A DNA stretch of 64,000 nucleotides. Source: an uncultured Thermoplasmatales archaeon (GTDB lineage: Archaea > Thermoplasmatota > Thermoplasmata > Thermoplasmatales > GCA-001856825). Of this stretch, positions 50,479-59,523 are shown piece by piece (position 1 is the stretch's first letter; each line of letters starts with the position of its first letter). The notes beneath the pieces were generated by a model, which worked only from the letters and a program-made list of their open reading frames with translations, was not told the origin of the DNA and made no database searches. The DNA lies in contig CAYXTM010000007.1 in NCBI GenBank assembly GCA_964468585.1, positions 3,346 through 67,345 of the forward strand, in the 5' to 3' direction. Both the position numbers and the translations under genes were made by a program.

Positions 50479-50709
50479 ATGGGAAGTATAAGACCAACTC
50501 TGGTCAAAACAGTAGCCAGACAGATTTACGATAAATACGAGAATCAATTATCAAAGGATTTTGAGCAAAACAAGAAGATCATAAACCAGGCTATTCCAGA
50601 TACTTCAAAGAAATTTAGGAATCTCGTTGCAGGGTATGTAACAACCTATTGGAAGACAAAGAAGATACCGAAGAAAAAGAAAGAAGAAACAGAAGAGGAA
50701 TTATCTTAA
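50479..50709 (+). CDS. rps17e: 30S ribosomal protein S17e
   Basis: MGSIRP..VK, DFEQNK, SKK.RN.VAGYVT. Confidence 0.95.
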   Translation: MGSIRPTLVKTVARQIYDKYENQLSKDFEQNKKIINQAIPDTSKKFRNLVAGYVTTYWKTKKIPKKKKEETEEELS

Positions 50710-51465
50710 ACCTGATTTTTCTTCTGTCGCAAATATAAGGTATGCTTTTGGAGATTCCCTTTTAACATCTATCATCACATAATTATTTTTTTCAAGTGCT
50801 GTGATTGCACTTCTCAGGGCATATCTCCACTTTTTAACCAATTCAATTTTTGATTGATCAAGTTCTTCGTGAACCTCAATACCAATAATATCATCTTCAA
50901 TTTTTAAATCATCCCAAGGTTCTCCATTCTTGTTCATGGTGGCTGCAACTGTGAATTCGTAATTTTTTATTGGAGATTTGTCCTTAAATTTATGGGCCTC
51001 AATCCTATCAGACTCTATGCCCTTGTTTTCTTTGCTTCCCATATACCCATAATAATTGATCTTATAATCATAGGCAAAAGCGTTCAATTTATGAGTATTG
51101 AAATAAGAATTCCTTGTTTTCATGGGATCGAATGTCCACCTTACTTCCCTGTAACCCATGGAAAATGCACTTTCGAACTGATGGATTTTTAGAAAATAAC
51201 CAACATCTTTATTCCTATATTCTGGGAGGACTCCAGCCATATGGGAGTAAAAATATCTGTAATCATTTTGAACAGCGGGAAAACCAAGAGTGAATCCCAC
51301 CAGCTCCCCTTCAATGAAAGCACCTTCAACCAATCCACCATTGTTATTTATTGCTACCAAGATAGGAACTGGAACAGGGCATTCTTCTTCCATTCCCCAA
51401 GCTATCCTTTGAATATCTTCAATTTTTTTGTATTCATCTATGGAACTGACTTTCCTAATTTCCAC
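50701..51465 (-). CDS. GNAT-family N-acyltransferase (COG3375-like)
   Basis: WG, GG...GAF, YSHMAGV, G..LK..Q, WTFDP, N..FN..KL, YG, SDR. Confidence 0.8.
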   Translation of the reverse strand: MEIRKVSSIDEYKKIEDIQRIAWGMEEECPVPVPILVAINNNGGLVEGAFIEGELVGFTLGFPAVQNDYRYFYSHMAGVLPEYRNKDVGYFLKIHQFESAFSMGYREVRWTFDPMKTRNSYFNTHKLNAFAYDYKINYYGYMGSKENKGIESDRIEAHKFKDKSPIKNYEFTVAATMNKNGEPWDDLKIEDDIIGIEVHEELDQSKIELVKKWRYALRSAITALEKNNYVMIDVKRESPKAYLIFATEEKSGLR

Positions 51466-51508
51466 AATGAGGTATTGTTAACTGTAAATAATATTTTGCT
51501 CGAAAATT

Positions 51509-53320
51509 TCAGTCATCCTGTGGTATATCCCTGCTCCTGATTCTGTTTTTTACCGCTATTCCAATTTTGAAATCTCTAATTTCAATCGGGCTCAACAGCA
51601 ACCTCCCAAAAGATATCAGATTATCGTCCTCGTCCACTATAAGAACCTCATCTCCGGGTCTAAGGGATTCATCCACGTTCAATATGAATTTTGAGAATAC
51701 GTTTTTACCATCCCTTATGAACTTGGATATTTCTTTGCTGACTGTCACCCTCAATCTTGGTTTATTTAAATTTTCATGGAGCAATTTCGCTCCTTCCATA
51801 GTGAGAGAAAATAATCCGTCCTCCGCTCTGAGTGATACAAGCAACTTTTCATTAACGAATAGATTCCTTAACTTTCCCGTATTCTTTGAAATCCTAAGTG
51901 TTATGGTATTTTTATCAACCAGGGAGAAGAGCTCTATACCAAATTGATACTTGAAGATATAATTGGCTTTCTTTTTTAAGAATTCAAGCCATTCCTCCGA
52001 TTCAATGATGGATTTATTTCTCTCTTTCTGATAAATTTCTGTTGGAAAGACGGACTGAGCGACGGGATATGTTTCATCCAGAAATATGTTAATGATACCA
52101 AAGGGGGTTTTAACAAACCCTTCATGGGGACCATGATAGTAAGAATATGGTTTCTTTTCGACCTGTATTGGCTTTATATGTGGGTCCATGATAGTTTCTT
52201 TTTCAACGAATCTCTTGATAAGCGGCCTTTGCAGAGTTTCGTCACCTGTATAGAATATTGGAGATCTTTTTGATCTTGACTCAAACTTTTCCAAATAGGC
52301 ATAATATGAGAGTAACTTCCTATAAGCTCCCAATAGTAGTGGATGTGACCTAGATCTATATTCAGCATAATTCCAAAGATTTTCCTGTTTTATCTCTTCT
52401 TTTATCCTTTTTATCTCTTTCTGTGAAATGTAAAGGTTGTGCTTGCCTATAACCTCTACCCTTTCCTTCTCATCTGCCGCTCTAAGTTCCTTTAATGTGA
52501 ATTTATCAAGGTAAATGGACTGTGGAAGCTCTTCAGAAACAAATTTGAGTTCGACTGTGCCTTCGGTAGTCAGAATTCTTCCATCCCTGGCATATTTGAT
52601 ATATGCCGAGGAGTCAAAAACGTCTGCACCGCTTAATACCAGCAGTGGGAAAAACATGGGATGACCTGCGCCAAATGCATGTATAACCGAATTAGTTCGT
52701 AGTTCCATCTTCGAAATAATAATTGAATCAATTACTGACGCATAGTCATAGTTTTCCATAAGAGGCACAATACCTCCAATTGGGTAATATTCATTATCAA
52801 TGCTTCCCATCAACTTTGCACTTTTTGCCCTTAGGTCACTATATTTTCCACCCTGTATGGGTAGAGAGAGGTATCCTTTTGTGAGGGATCTTGCTTCCAA
52901 AGCCCTATTGTATGTTTCTATAATACCATTCTCAACCTGCTCCCATGAATCATCAGGAAGTGAAAATACGTCCCTGATAGTAATAATATCAGAACCGATA
53001 GAGTCCTGGTATGTGACCATTTCTTTATTATCTGCCTTTATTCCCCCATAGACATAATCCTGGAATGTACCGGAATCAGTCATTATAAGCCCATCAAAGC
53101 CCAATTTGGTATGAATATCCTGCCCCTCAAAGTGTTTTTTATAGAGAATATATGAGTTAGTTATGATACCCTCAAAACCTAGTTCCTTGGAGAATGAGAC
53201 CCAAGGTTCGCTTAAAAAAGGGTGAATTACTGGCAAGAGTGCAGGAGTAGTGAGTTTCCTGTTATTGACAATTAACTCTCCAATCCTGGCAAGACCATCC
53301 CTATGCAAAATTTGAAACAT
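51509..53320 (-). CDS. tgtA: archaeosine tRNA-guanine(15) transglycosylase with a C-terminal PUA domain
   Basis: DGLARIG, TP.LLPV, MTDSGTFQ, PIGGIVPLME, HAFGAGHP, DVFDS; PUA G.NVF.KF...D..LRPGDEV. Confidence 0.94.
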   Translation of the reverse strand: MFQILHRDGLARIGELIVNNRKLTTPALLPVIHPFLSEPWVSFSKELGFEGIITNSYILYKKHFEGQDIHTKLGFDGLIMTDSGTFQDYVYGGIKADNKEMVTYQDSIGSDIITIRDVFSLPDDSWEQVENGIIETYNRALEARSLTKGYLSLPIQGGKYSDLRAKSAKLMGSIDNEYYPIGGIVPLMENYDYASVIDSIIISKMELRTNSVIHAFGAGHPMFFPLLVLSGADVFDSSAYIKYARDGRILTTEGTVELKFVSEELPQSIYLDKFTLKELRAADEKERVEVIGKHNLYISQKEIKRIKEEIKQENLWNYAEYRSRSHPLLLGAYRKLLSYYAYLEKFESRSKRSPIFYTGDETLQRPLIKRFVEKETIMDPHIKPIQVEKKPYSYYHGPHEGFVKTPFGIINIFLDETYPVAQSVFPTEIYQKERNKSIIESEEWLEFLKKKANYIFKYQFGIELFSLVDKNTITLRISKNTGKLRNLFVNEKLLVSLRAEDGLFSLTMEGAKLLHENLNKPRLRVTVSKEISKFIRDGKNVFSKFILNVDESLRPGDEVLIVDEDDNLISFGRLLLSPIEIRDFKIGIAVKNRIRSRDIPQDD

Positions 53321-53365
53321 TTAAATTTTAAATCATATAAAAATTAGAAGTAGATGGTTATCCAT

Positions 53366-53647
53366 CTACTTGGATAGCACTATTTCAATGGCAGAAACGT
53401 TGCGCTCGCCGTTTTCTCTCTGGACTTTTTCTGTAGATATCCTTACATCTTTGTATTTGATCTCTGTTTTCATCATGTCTTCCATTCTTTTCCTTATGAT
53501 CTCAGCAACGTCTACTGCCCTCTTTATTGCCATTCCCCTTGCCTTAATAACGACTTCATCTGCGCCGTTTCCAAAAAGCATTATACCATTGAAGGCATAG
53601 GAATCGGCTGGTCTCTGACCTACATAGATAACATTGTTCTCTGCCAC
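53366..53647 (-). CDS. albA: DNA/RNA-binding protein Alba
   Basis: V.IKARG.AI.RAVDVAE, NVSAIEI.L. GTG start at 53647 with SD GGTGA. Confidence 0.93.
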   Translation of the reverse strand: MAENNVIYVGQRPADSYAFNGIMLFGNGADEVVIKARGMAIKRAVDVAEIIRKRMEDMMKTEIKYKDVRISTEKVQRENGERNVSAIEIVLSK

Positions 53648-53761
53648 GTTAATCACCAGTGTGCAGAAATAAGAATAAGATATTAAAATTTACTCATCAT
53701 CTTGGGGTATAATTAAAATACATTAAGATAAATTATAAGTAATTATTTTAAATTTGAAATT

Positions 53762-53980
53762 ATGGCTGAAGAAAAAAAATACACAACAGTTTCCATACCT
53801 ACTCCTTTGTTTGAAAAAATTCAGAAGAAAATCGAGGGAACAGGGTTCACGTCAGTAAGTGATTATGTGACCTTTGTATTGAGAGAAATTCTTGCACACA
53901 GTAATGATCAGGAGGCATTTACGGAAGAAGATGAAAAAAAGGTCAAGGAGAGACTAAAATCATTGGGTTATCTAGACTGA
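53762..53980 (+). CDS. ribbon-helix-helix (CopG-like) protein with an acidic linker and C-terminal ERLKSLGYLD tail
   Basis: YTTVSIP beta-ribbon, helix, then GFTSVSDYV..VLRE helix; tail EEDEKKVKERLKSLGYLD. Confidence 0.88.
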   Translation: MAEEKKYTTVSIPTPLFEKIQKKIEGTGFTSVSDYVTFVLREILAHSNDQEAFTEEDEKKVKERLKSLGYLD

Positions 53981-53984
53981 GTGG

Positions 53985-55382
53985 ATGAAGATGGAAAAGC
54001 TCCTTGTAATAGGTTTGGACTGCGCAGCACCAACTCTGATTTTTGATAAGCTGAAAGATCATTTACCGAACCTTACAAAAATGAGGGAGGAAGGAATTTG
54101 GGGTAATCTCCGTTCATGTGATCCTCCGATAACGGTTCCTGCATGGATGGTAATGGCAACAGGTAGAACACCTGGAGAACTGGGATTATATGGATTCAGA
54201 TCGAGGGACGGAAATTCTTACACAAAAATAAAAATACCCACTTCTAGAGATATCAAGTACGATAAGATATGGGACATCATTGGGAAGAGAAACAAGAAAA
54301 GTGTTGTTATCGCTGTTCCGCCTTCTTATCCACCCAAGCCATTACTTGGTCTTATGGTGACTGATTTCCTTACTCCGGGAAAGGATAAAGAATTCACATA
54401 TCCTCCCGGTTTGAAGAACGAGATTTTGGAAAAATATCCAGAATACGAATTTGATGTTAAATTTAGGAAGCCCGAGAAGGAAAAAATAATTGACGAAATA
54501 CATAGAATGACTGAAACAAGATTTAGAATGGCCATAGATTTCATGACCAATAAGGAATGGGACCTGTTCTTCTTTGTTGAGATTGGTATAGATAGAATAC
54601 ATCATTCATTCTGGAGGTATATTGACGAAACTCATCATCTCTATGAAAATAACCAGACTATGAAATCTAAATTCATCGATTATTTTGAAATGGTGGATAG
54701 GAAAATTGGAGAAATGCTTGAGAGAGTTGATGAGAATACTATTGTAATGGTCGTTTCTGACCATGGTGCAAAAGGAATGAAAGGAGCATTTGCAATAAAT
54801 CAGTGGTTGATACAGGAAGGGTATCTCAAGTTGAAGAACGATCAGGTAAAGCCAGGGTCTTCTCTGGAAGAGCTGGACGTGGATTGGGAACATACTAAGG
54901 CGTGGGCCTGGGGAGGGTATTATTCGCGTATATTCCTCAACATTAAGGGGAGAGAAGAAAAAGGTATAATAGATCCGAAAGATGTTAAACAGGAAATATC
55001 GATTCTAAAGGAAAAATTGAAATCTATAAAGGGACCAAATGGTGAAACATGGAATACAAAGGTATTTGAGCCTGAGGAACTCTACGAAACAGTGAATGGT
55101 GATCGGTCGGATCTTTTTGTATATTTTGATGATTTGAGCTGGAGAGCAGCAGGTACTTTGGGTTATGATTCGCTGTATCTTTTTGAAAATGATACTGGTC
55201 CTGATGATGCTGTCCATGACTATGATGGAATATATATCTTATACCGAAAAGGGAAGAAAGTGGGAAAGCACATAGATGAAACAATCTACAACGTTATGCC
55301 TACCATGCTTGATATATATTCAGTTAGAAACGTGACTAGATTGAAGGGAAAAGTAATGGAGGGGTTGAGATATGTCAAATAA
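53985..55382 (+). CDS. alkaline phosphatase superfamily enzyme (NPP/phosphodiesterase-like), cytoplasmic
   Basis: IGLD (metal Asp), PPITVPAW..MATG (Thr nucleophile), DRIHH, VSDHG, DDAVH. No signal peptide. Confidence 0.9.
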   Translation: MKMEKLLVIGLDCAAPTLIFDKLKDHLPNLTKMREEGIWGNLRSCDPPITVPAWMVMATGRTPGELGLYGFRSRDGNSYTKIKIPTSRDIKYDKIWDIIGKRNKKSVVIAVPPSYPPKPLLGLMVTDFLTPGKDKEFTYPPGLKNEILEKYPEYEFDVKFRKPEKEKIIDEIHRMTETRFRMAIDFMTNKEWDLFFFVEIGIDRIHHSFWRYIDETHHLYENNQTMKSKFIDYFEMVDRKIGEMLERVDENTIVMVVSDHGAKGMKGAFAINQWLIQEGYLKLKNDQVKPGSSLEELDVDWEHTKAWAWGGYYSRIFLNIKGREEKGIIDPKDVKQEISILKEKLKSIKGPNGETWNTKVFEPEELYETVNGDRSDLFVYFDDLSWRAAGTLGYDSLYLFENDTGPDDAVHDYDGIYILYRKGKKVGKHIDETIYNVMPTMLDIYSVRNVTRLKGKVMEGLRYVK

Positions 55383-55944
55383 TGAAGGTTTTGTTCTATG
55401 GTTCACGGGTCTCCCTGGTGCAGGGAAAACAACACTAGCCAACAAGATAAGTGAAATTTTGAAGGAAAAGGGTTATAGAGTTGAAATTCTCGATGGAGAT
55501 GAAATCAGGAAAGGTCTATCGAAGGATTTAGGTTTTAGTAAAGAAGACAGAGAAAAACACAATGAGCGTGTGATGTTTGTAGCAAAGATTCTTTCCAGAA
55601 ATGGTGTCATCACATTAGTTCCTTTAATCTCGCCATACAGAGAGATAAGAGAAAGGGCAAGGTCAGAAATTCCGAATTTCATAGAAGTTTACGTGAGATG
55701 CCCATTGGATGTTTTAATCAAACGTGACCCTAAGGGACTTTATAAAAAAGCATTGGCGGGAGAAATAAAAAATTTAACCGGACTACAGGATACATATGAA
55801 GAGCCAATTAATCCTGACATTGTTATAGATACGGATAAGTTGGATATACAGCAGAGTGTAGACCTTATTTTAAGGCACCTTAAGGAAAGAAATTTGTTGG
55901 ATGGAGTTAAATTTGATTCTGAAAATAATGGCGGCGAGAATTAA
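55372..55944 (+). CDS. cysC: adenylyl-sulfate (APS) kinase
   Basis: WFTGLPGAGKTT, LDGD.IR, LGFSKEDR, ISPY, RDPKGLY, TG..D.YEEP. Confidence 0.95.
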   Translation: MSNNEGFVLWFTGLPGAGKTTLANKISEILKEKGYRVEILDGDEIRKGLSKDLGFSKEDREKHNERVMFVAKILSRNGVITLVPLISPYREIRERARSEIPNFIEVYVRCPLDVLIKRDPKGLYKKALAGEIKNLTGLQDTYEEPINPDIVIDTDKLDIQQSVDLILRHLKERNLLDGVKFDSENNGGEN

Positions 55945-55962
55945 TATATCTCCGCCGCTTTT
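55931..55962. terminator. GC-rich hairpin spanning the overlapping stop codons of convergent cysC and sua5
   Basis: GCGGCG-AGA (loop ATTAATATA) TCT-C-CGCCGC followed by TTTT, with A-rich sequence on the left. Confidence 0.4.
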
Positions 55963-56936
55963 CTAATTCTATTCATTATTGCATATCCAATGCCTTGTTC
56001 CGGAAAGCTTTCAATTATGCCGATATTGCTATCAGAATTATCTAGCTCTCTGAATGATATGAAAAGATTTTTAGCTATTTCATAGAGGTTTGTTTTTGAT
56101 CCTAGAATGTAAGTTTTGCACGGTAACAATTCGGCAGTCTCCTTAGAACAGAGGACTAAGGCGTCAGGGTTTTTCTTACACAAACTTATGATGTCTTCAA
56201 ATCCTTTAGCCAATATTAATTTTTTATTGGGGGCGTAATGCCTATACTTCATCCCTGGAGCTCTTGGGGCATTTGATTCACCCTTTGAAATCTCAACCTT
56301 CATTTCAAAAGTTTTCTCTAGTTCTTCTGGCGAAAATGGTCCCGGCCTTAGAACATAGATTTTTTCGTCAGTTGGCAAAATAACAGTAGATTCAACACCG
56401 AAAAAAGTGGGTCCACCGTCTATTACCATTGGAATCTTTCCCTCCAAATCATTAATCACGTGGCGAGCAAGGGTAGGGCTTGGTCTCCCTGACTTATTAG
56501 CACTTGGGGCTGCAATAGGTCTGTTGACAAGATCAATCAATTTAAGTGCAATAGGGTGGGCTGGCATCCTGATGGCCACAGTGTCCAATCCAGCAGTAGG
56601 AACGCTACCAAGATTTTTTTTCTTTACAACTAGTGTAATAGGCCCTGGCCATATCCTTTCCATAATTCCAAGTATCTTCTCATCATAGAAATCTGTGTAC
56701 TCATAAAACATCTCCATGCTATTTATATGCACAATCAAAGGATTGTCTGGAGGCCTCCCTTTGGCATCAAATATTTTCAAGCATGCCCTATCGTCTGTGG
56801 CAATTGCCCCTAACCCGTAGACTGTTTCAGTTGGAAAACCAACTACATCACCATTGAGCAATAGGTCGGCGGCGTCCCTTAATTTTCCCACATCGGGATT
56901 TAATGGATCAACTCTGACAACTTTCATCTGGTTCAC
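55941..56936 (-). CDS. sua5: threonylcarbamoyl-AMP synthase Sua5
   Basis: FPTETVYGLGA, AKGRP.DNPLIVH, WPGP, APSAN.SG.PSPT, APGMKYRHYAP, AIMNR..KA. Confidence 0.95.
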   Translation of the reverse strand: MNQMKVVRVDPLNPDVGKLRDAADLLLNGDVVGFPTETVYGLGAIATDDRACLKIFDAKGRPPDNPLIVHINSMEMFYEYTDFYDEKILGIMERIWPGPITLVVKKKNLGSVPTAGLDTVAIRMPAHPIALKLIDLVNRPIAAPSANKSGRPSPTLARHVINDLEGKIPMVIDGGPTFFGVESTVILPTDEKIYVLRPGPFSPEELEKTFEMKVEISKGESNAPRAPGMKYRHYAPNKKLILAKGFEDIISLCKKNPDALVLCSKETAELLPCKTYILGSKTNLYEIAKNLFISFRELDNSDSNIGIIESFPEQGIGYAIMNRIRKAAEIY

Positions 56937-56937
56937 C

Positions 56938-58533
56938 TTAAAAGCTCTTTGTTTTTCTAATAAACATGTAATATGTAGTAATTATTATGATTGAATCTAG
57001 CAGTAAAGTAGAAAAATATGAATCTATAATTCCAGCGGAAAATATAGAAATAAACTTTTGGCTTTCACCGAAAATGAACGCATTTAAAATAACAAGGGGG
57101 AGTGAAATTAGCATAACTTTCAAGAAGAATGCTCGTCCTCCGAGCGCATCCATGGAAATGACGGTTACTCCCTCTGGTATGGTTTTAATTATATATCCTC
57201 CTCCAGCAAATATCAATGTTGTGATAAGAACAATATAAAATGGAAAATTCGTAATAAATGAATCTATTCCAGAAAATTTAATAGTTGAAGCAAGAAGATA
57301 TAAAATAAAATAATAAACTGAAGCTATAGAAATTATTTCAACGAATTTCGACATGAAAAAGGATTTTCTGGTAATAGGTAAATAAGAGAGATGCCATGCA
57401 CCTTTTCCCTCGAGCGCAACAAGCTCAATAAAGCTAATTAGAAACACAGTTGAGAAATAAGGGATAACATAAGGCAATAATTGGGATTCAACTCCACTAT
57501 AAGATAAATTGTAAATAAGAGGGAACATGAAGATCGCCGGAAGGATTATTATGATTAGTGCTCCCCTTTTCCTGGCTAGACTTTTGAAGTCTTTCAAAAT
57601 AAGAGCTGAAATCTGGTTCCTCGACTTCAGAGGCCTATTAGCTTTTTTATTTTCTACTTTATTTCTAGAAATTTCAATGTATGTTTCGAATTTTTCCGAG
57701 AATGATCTTCTGATGAGAAAAGTGTAAAGGCCATAGATAGGAATGAATTCAACGATGAAAGTGGTTATGGTAACATAAGTGTTGCGCAATAATATTTGAG
57801 GCGATAAGGGGAAAAATGCAAATATTTGAGATGGGAACTTAATGTCCTGTAATAGGTTTGGATTTGTTACGATCTGAATAGAAAAGATGAATACCAGCAC
57901 AAATAACAACTGCATAATCTGGGAAAGATACAGCCTTTTTGTAATTCTATTCGTATTATATTTAGACCACATTATTCCAAGGAGAAGGGAGATGGTTCTT
58001 GCCACATATATGAAAAATACAGTATAAAGGAATATGGAGATGAAAATCAATGGGTTGTGAAAACCGTATGCCAGAAAAACCGCAGCTGGCAAACTTACCG
58101 CAAAAAGAAATGACTCATTGAAAAGAAATGTGGCAAGTGGCACGACCTCAGTATTAACCTTAATGGGGAGAGTTCTCAAAGGCGCTATTAAGTTCATATC
58201 CCATATTCCCCTAAAGAACTGAGAATCAGACATTATTCCAAGTATTAGAATCAATCCAAATATAGATAGAAGGAGATTTTTCATGTCTCCTATGTTCCTG
58301 TAGGCTGTTTCACCGAATATCAATGAAAGTATTCCATAAATAAAGATATTAGCTATGATTGAATAATAGACACTATTGGCCAGATACCTTTTGGCCTGAT
58401 AAAGGTCATATTTGTTCTCTGTTTGAAATCTCTTGGTGTTTTTCAAAAACTGATATTTCAATTCAGTGTTTATAACGAGAGAAATTTTTATTATGTTAAG
58501 AATTCTCTCAAGGGAAGGTTTTTGAAAGTTCAT
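56938..58533 (-). CDS. putative ABC-2-type permease-like membrane protein (about 12 TM)
   Basis: Two halves with PLRTLPI / LSYLPIT...SK, KDFK...R and LEG...W motifs. No ATPase partner nearby. Confidence 0.7.
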   Translation of the reverse strand: MNFQKPSLERILNIIKISLVINTELKYQFLKNTKRFQTENKYDLYQAKRYLANSVYYSIIANIFIYGILSLIFGETAYRNIGDMKNLLLSIFGLILILGIMSDSQFFRGIWDMNLIAPLRTLPIKVNTEVVPLATFLFNESFLFAVSLPAAVFLAYGFHNPLIFISIFLYTVFFIYVARTISLLLGIMWSKYNTNRITKRLYLSQIMQLLFVLVFIFSIQIVTNPNLLQDIKFPSQIFAFFPLSPQILLRNTYVTITTFIVEFIPIYGLYTFLIRRSFSEKFETYIEISRNKVENKKANRPLKSRNQISALILKDFKSLARKRGALIIIILPAIFMFPLIYNLSYSGVESQLLPYVIPYFSTVFLISFIELVALEGKGAWHLSYLPITRKSFFMSKFVEIISIASVYYFILYLLASTIKFSGIDSFITNFPFYIVLITTLIFAGGGYIIKTIPEGVTVISMDALGGRAFFLKVMLISLPLVILNAFIFGESQKFISIFSAGIIDSYFSTLLLDSIIIITTYYMFIRKTKSF

Positions 58534-59260
58534 CCCTAACTACCTTCCTTTTAAATCTTGCCTCTTCCAATTTGCTTTTCCCAACCTCTATATCTTTTAT
58601 CTCTTCATTGAAATATTGCAACTGAATCAGAGTATCCCCGTCTGGTGATAATACACGGGAACCACCCCAGAACACAAGATTGCGTTGCAGACCAGTCGTG
58701 TTTAAGTAAATGAAATAAGCCTGTTTCTTCACTGCAATAGATGGAAAGACCTTTTCGAAGTATGATCGTGACGTAAACGGAGATGCGGAGATATTAATTA
58801 TTATGTCGCTTCCAGTTACGAGGGGCTCATCAAAGAACAGATCATAACATATTTCAACATTGATCTTAAAGTTCATAAATTCTATGGCAAAAGGTTTGTT
58901 TCCTTCCTTGAAATTTCTCTTTTCTTCAAATGGGCCGAAATTTGGTAAAAACATTTTTCTGTAGGTAGAATAACTGTATCGGTCAACTACAAAAGCTGAA
59001 TTATAGAGAAATTGATCGTATTCAGGGGCACCAAAAATCAAAAGCATATCATCAGACATATTCTCCTGCAAAATTTTTATATCCTCCCTTTTGACCTTAT
59101 AGAGATTGATATCATCCCTAAGGAGATAACCTGACAGATATAACTCAGGAAATATGCCAATATTAAATCCTCCTTGCCTAATTAATATTTTCATTGTTTC
59201 GATATTTTCTTCCTTACTTTTGGGACGCAGTTGAAACAGTCGGATTATTATGGAATCCAC
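58508..59260 (-). CDS. carbon-nitrogen hydrolase (nitrilase superfamily)
   Basis: Catalytic triad FPEL / YRK..LP / ICYD; FEEKR.F; SASPF. Confidence 0.9.
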   Translation of the reverse strand: MDSIIIRLFQLRPKSKEENIETMKILIRQGGFNIGIFPELYLSGYLLRDDINLYKVKREDIKILQENMSDDMLLIFGAPEYDQFLYNSAFVVDRYSYSTYRKMFLPNFGPFEEKRNFKEGNKPFAIEFMNFKINVEICYDLFFDEPLVTGSDIIINISASPFTSRSYFEKVFPSIAVKKQAYFIYLNTTGLQRNLVFWGGSRVLSPDGDTLIQLQYFNEEIKDIEVGKSKLEEARFKRKVVRDELSKTFP

Positions 59261-59523
59261 AGAAAGCTAAGGAAGATAAAAATAAAAATTTTGGGTAAAC
59301 TCTATTCTCAGATTATTCGTGATTTTTTATTATGTACGAACTGTTAAGATATTAATGAAAATGAGGGGTTCAACGATTCTTAATTGCCAGATATTTAATT
59401 GTGAGTCTCTTAAATTATAATTTTTATTTCAATCGTTTAAAATGAATCGAAAATCATTAATGTTCCTTAATATTTGCCAATCTATTAATATTGTTTTTTA
59501 ATTCCTAGAGCGAGGTTAGATCT

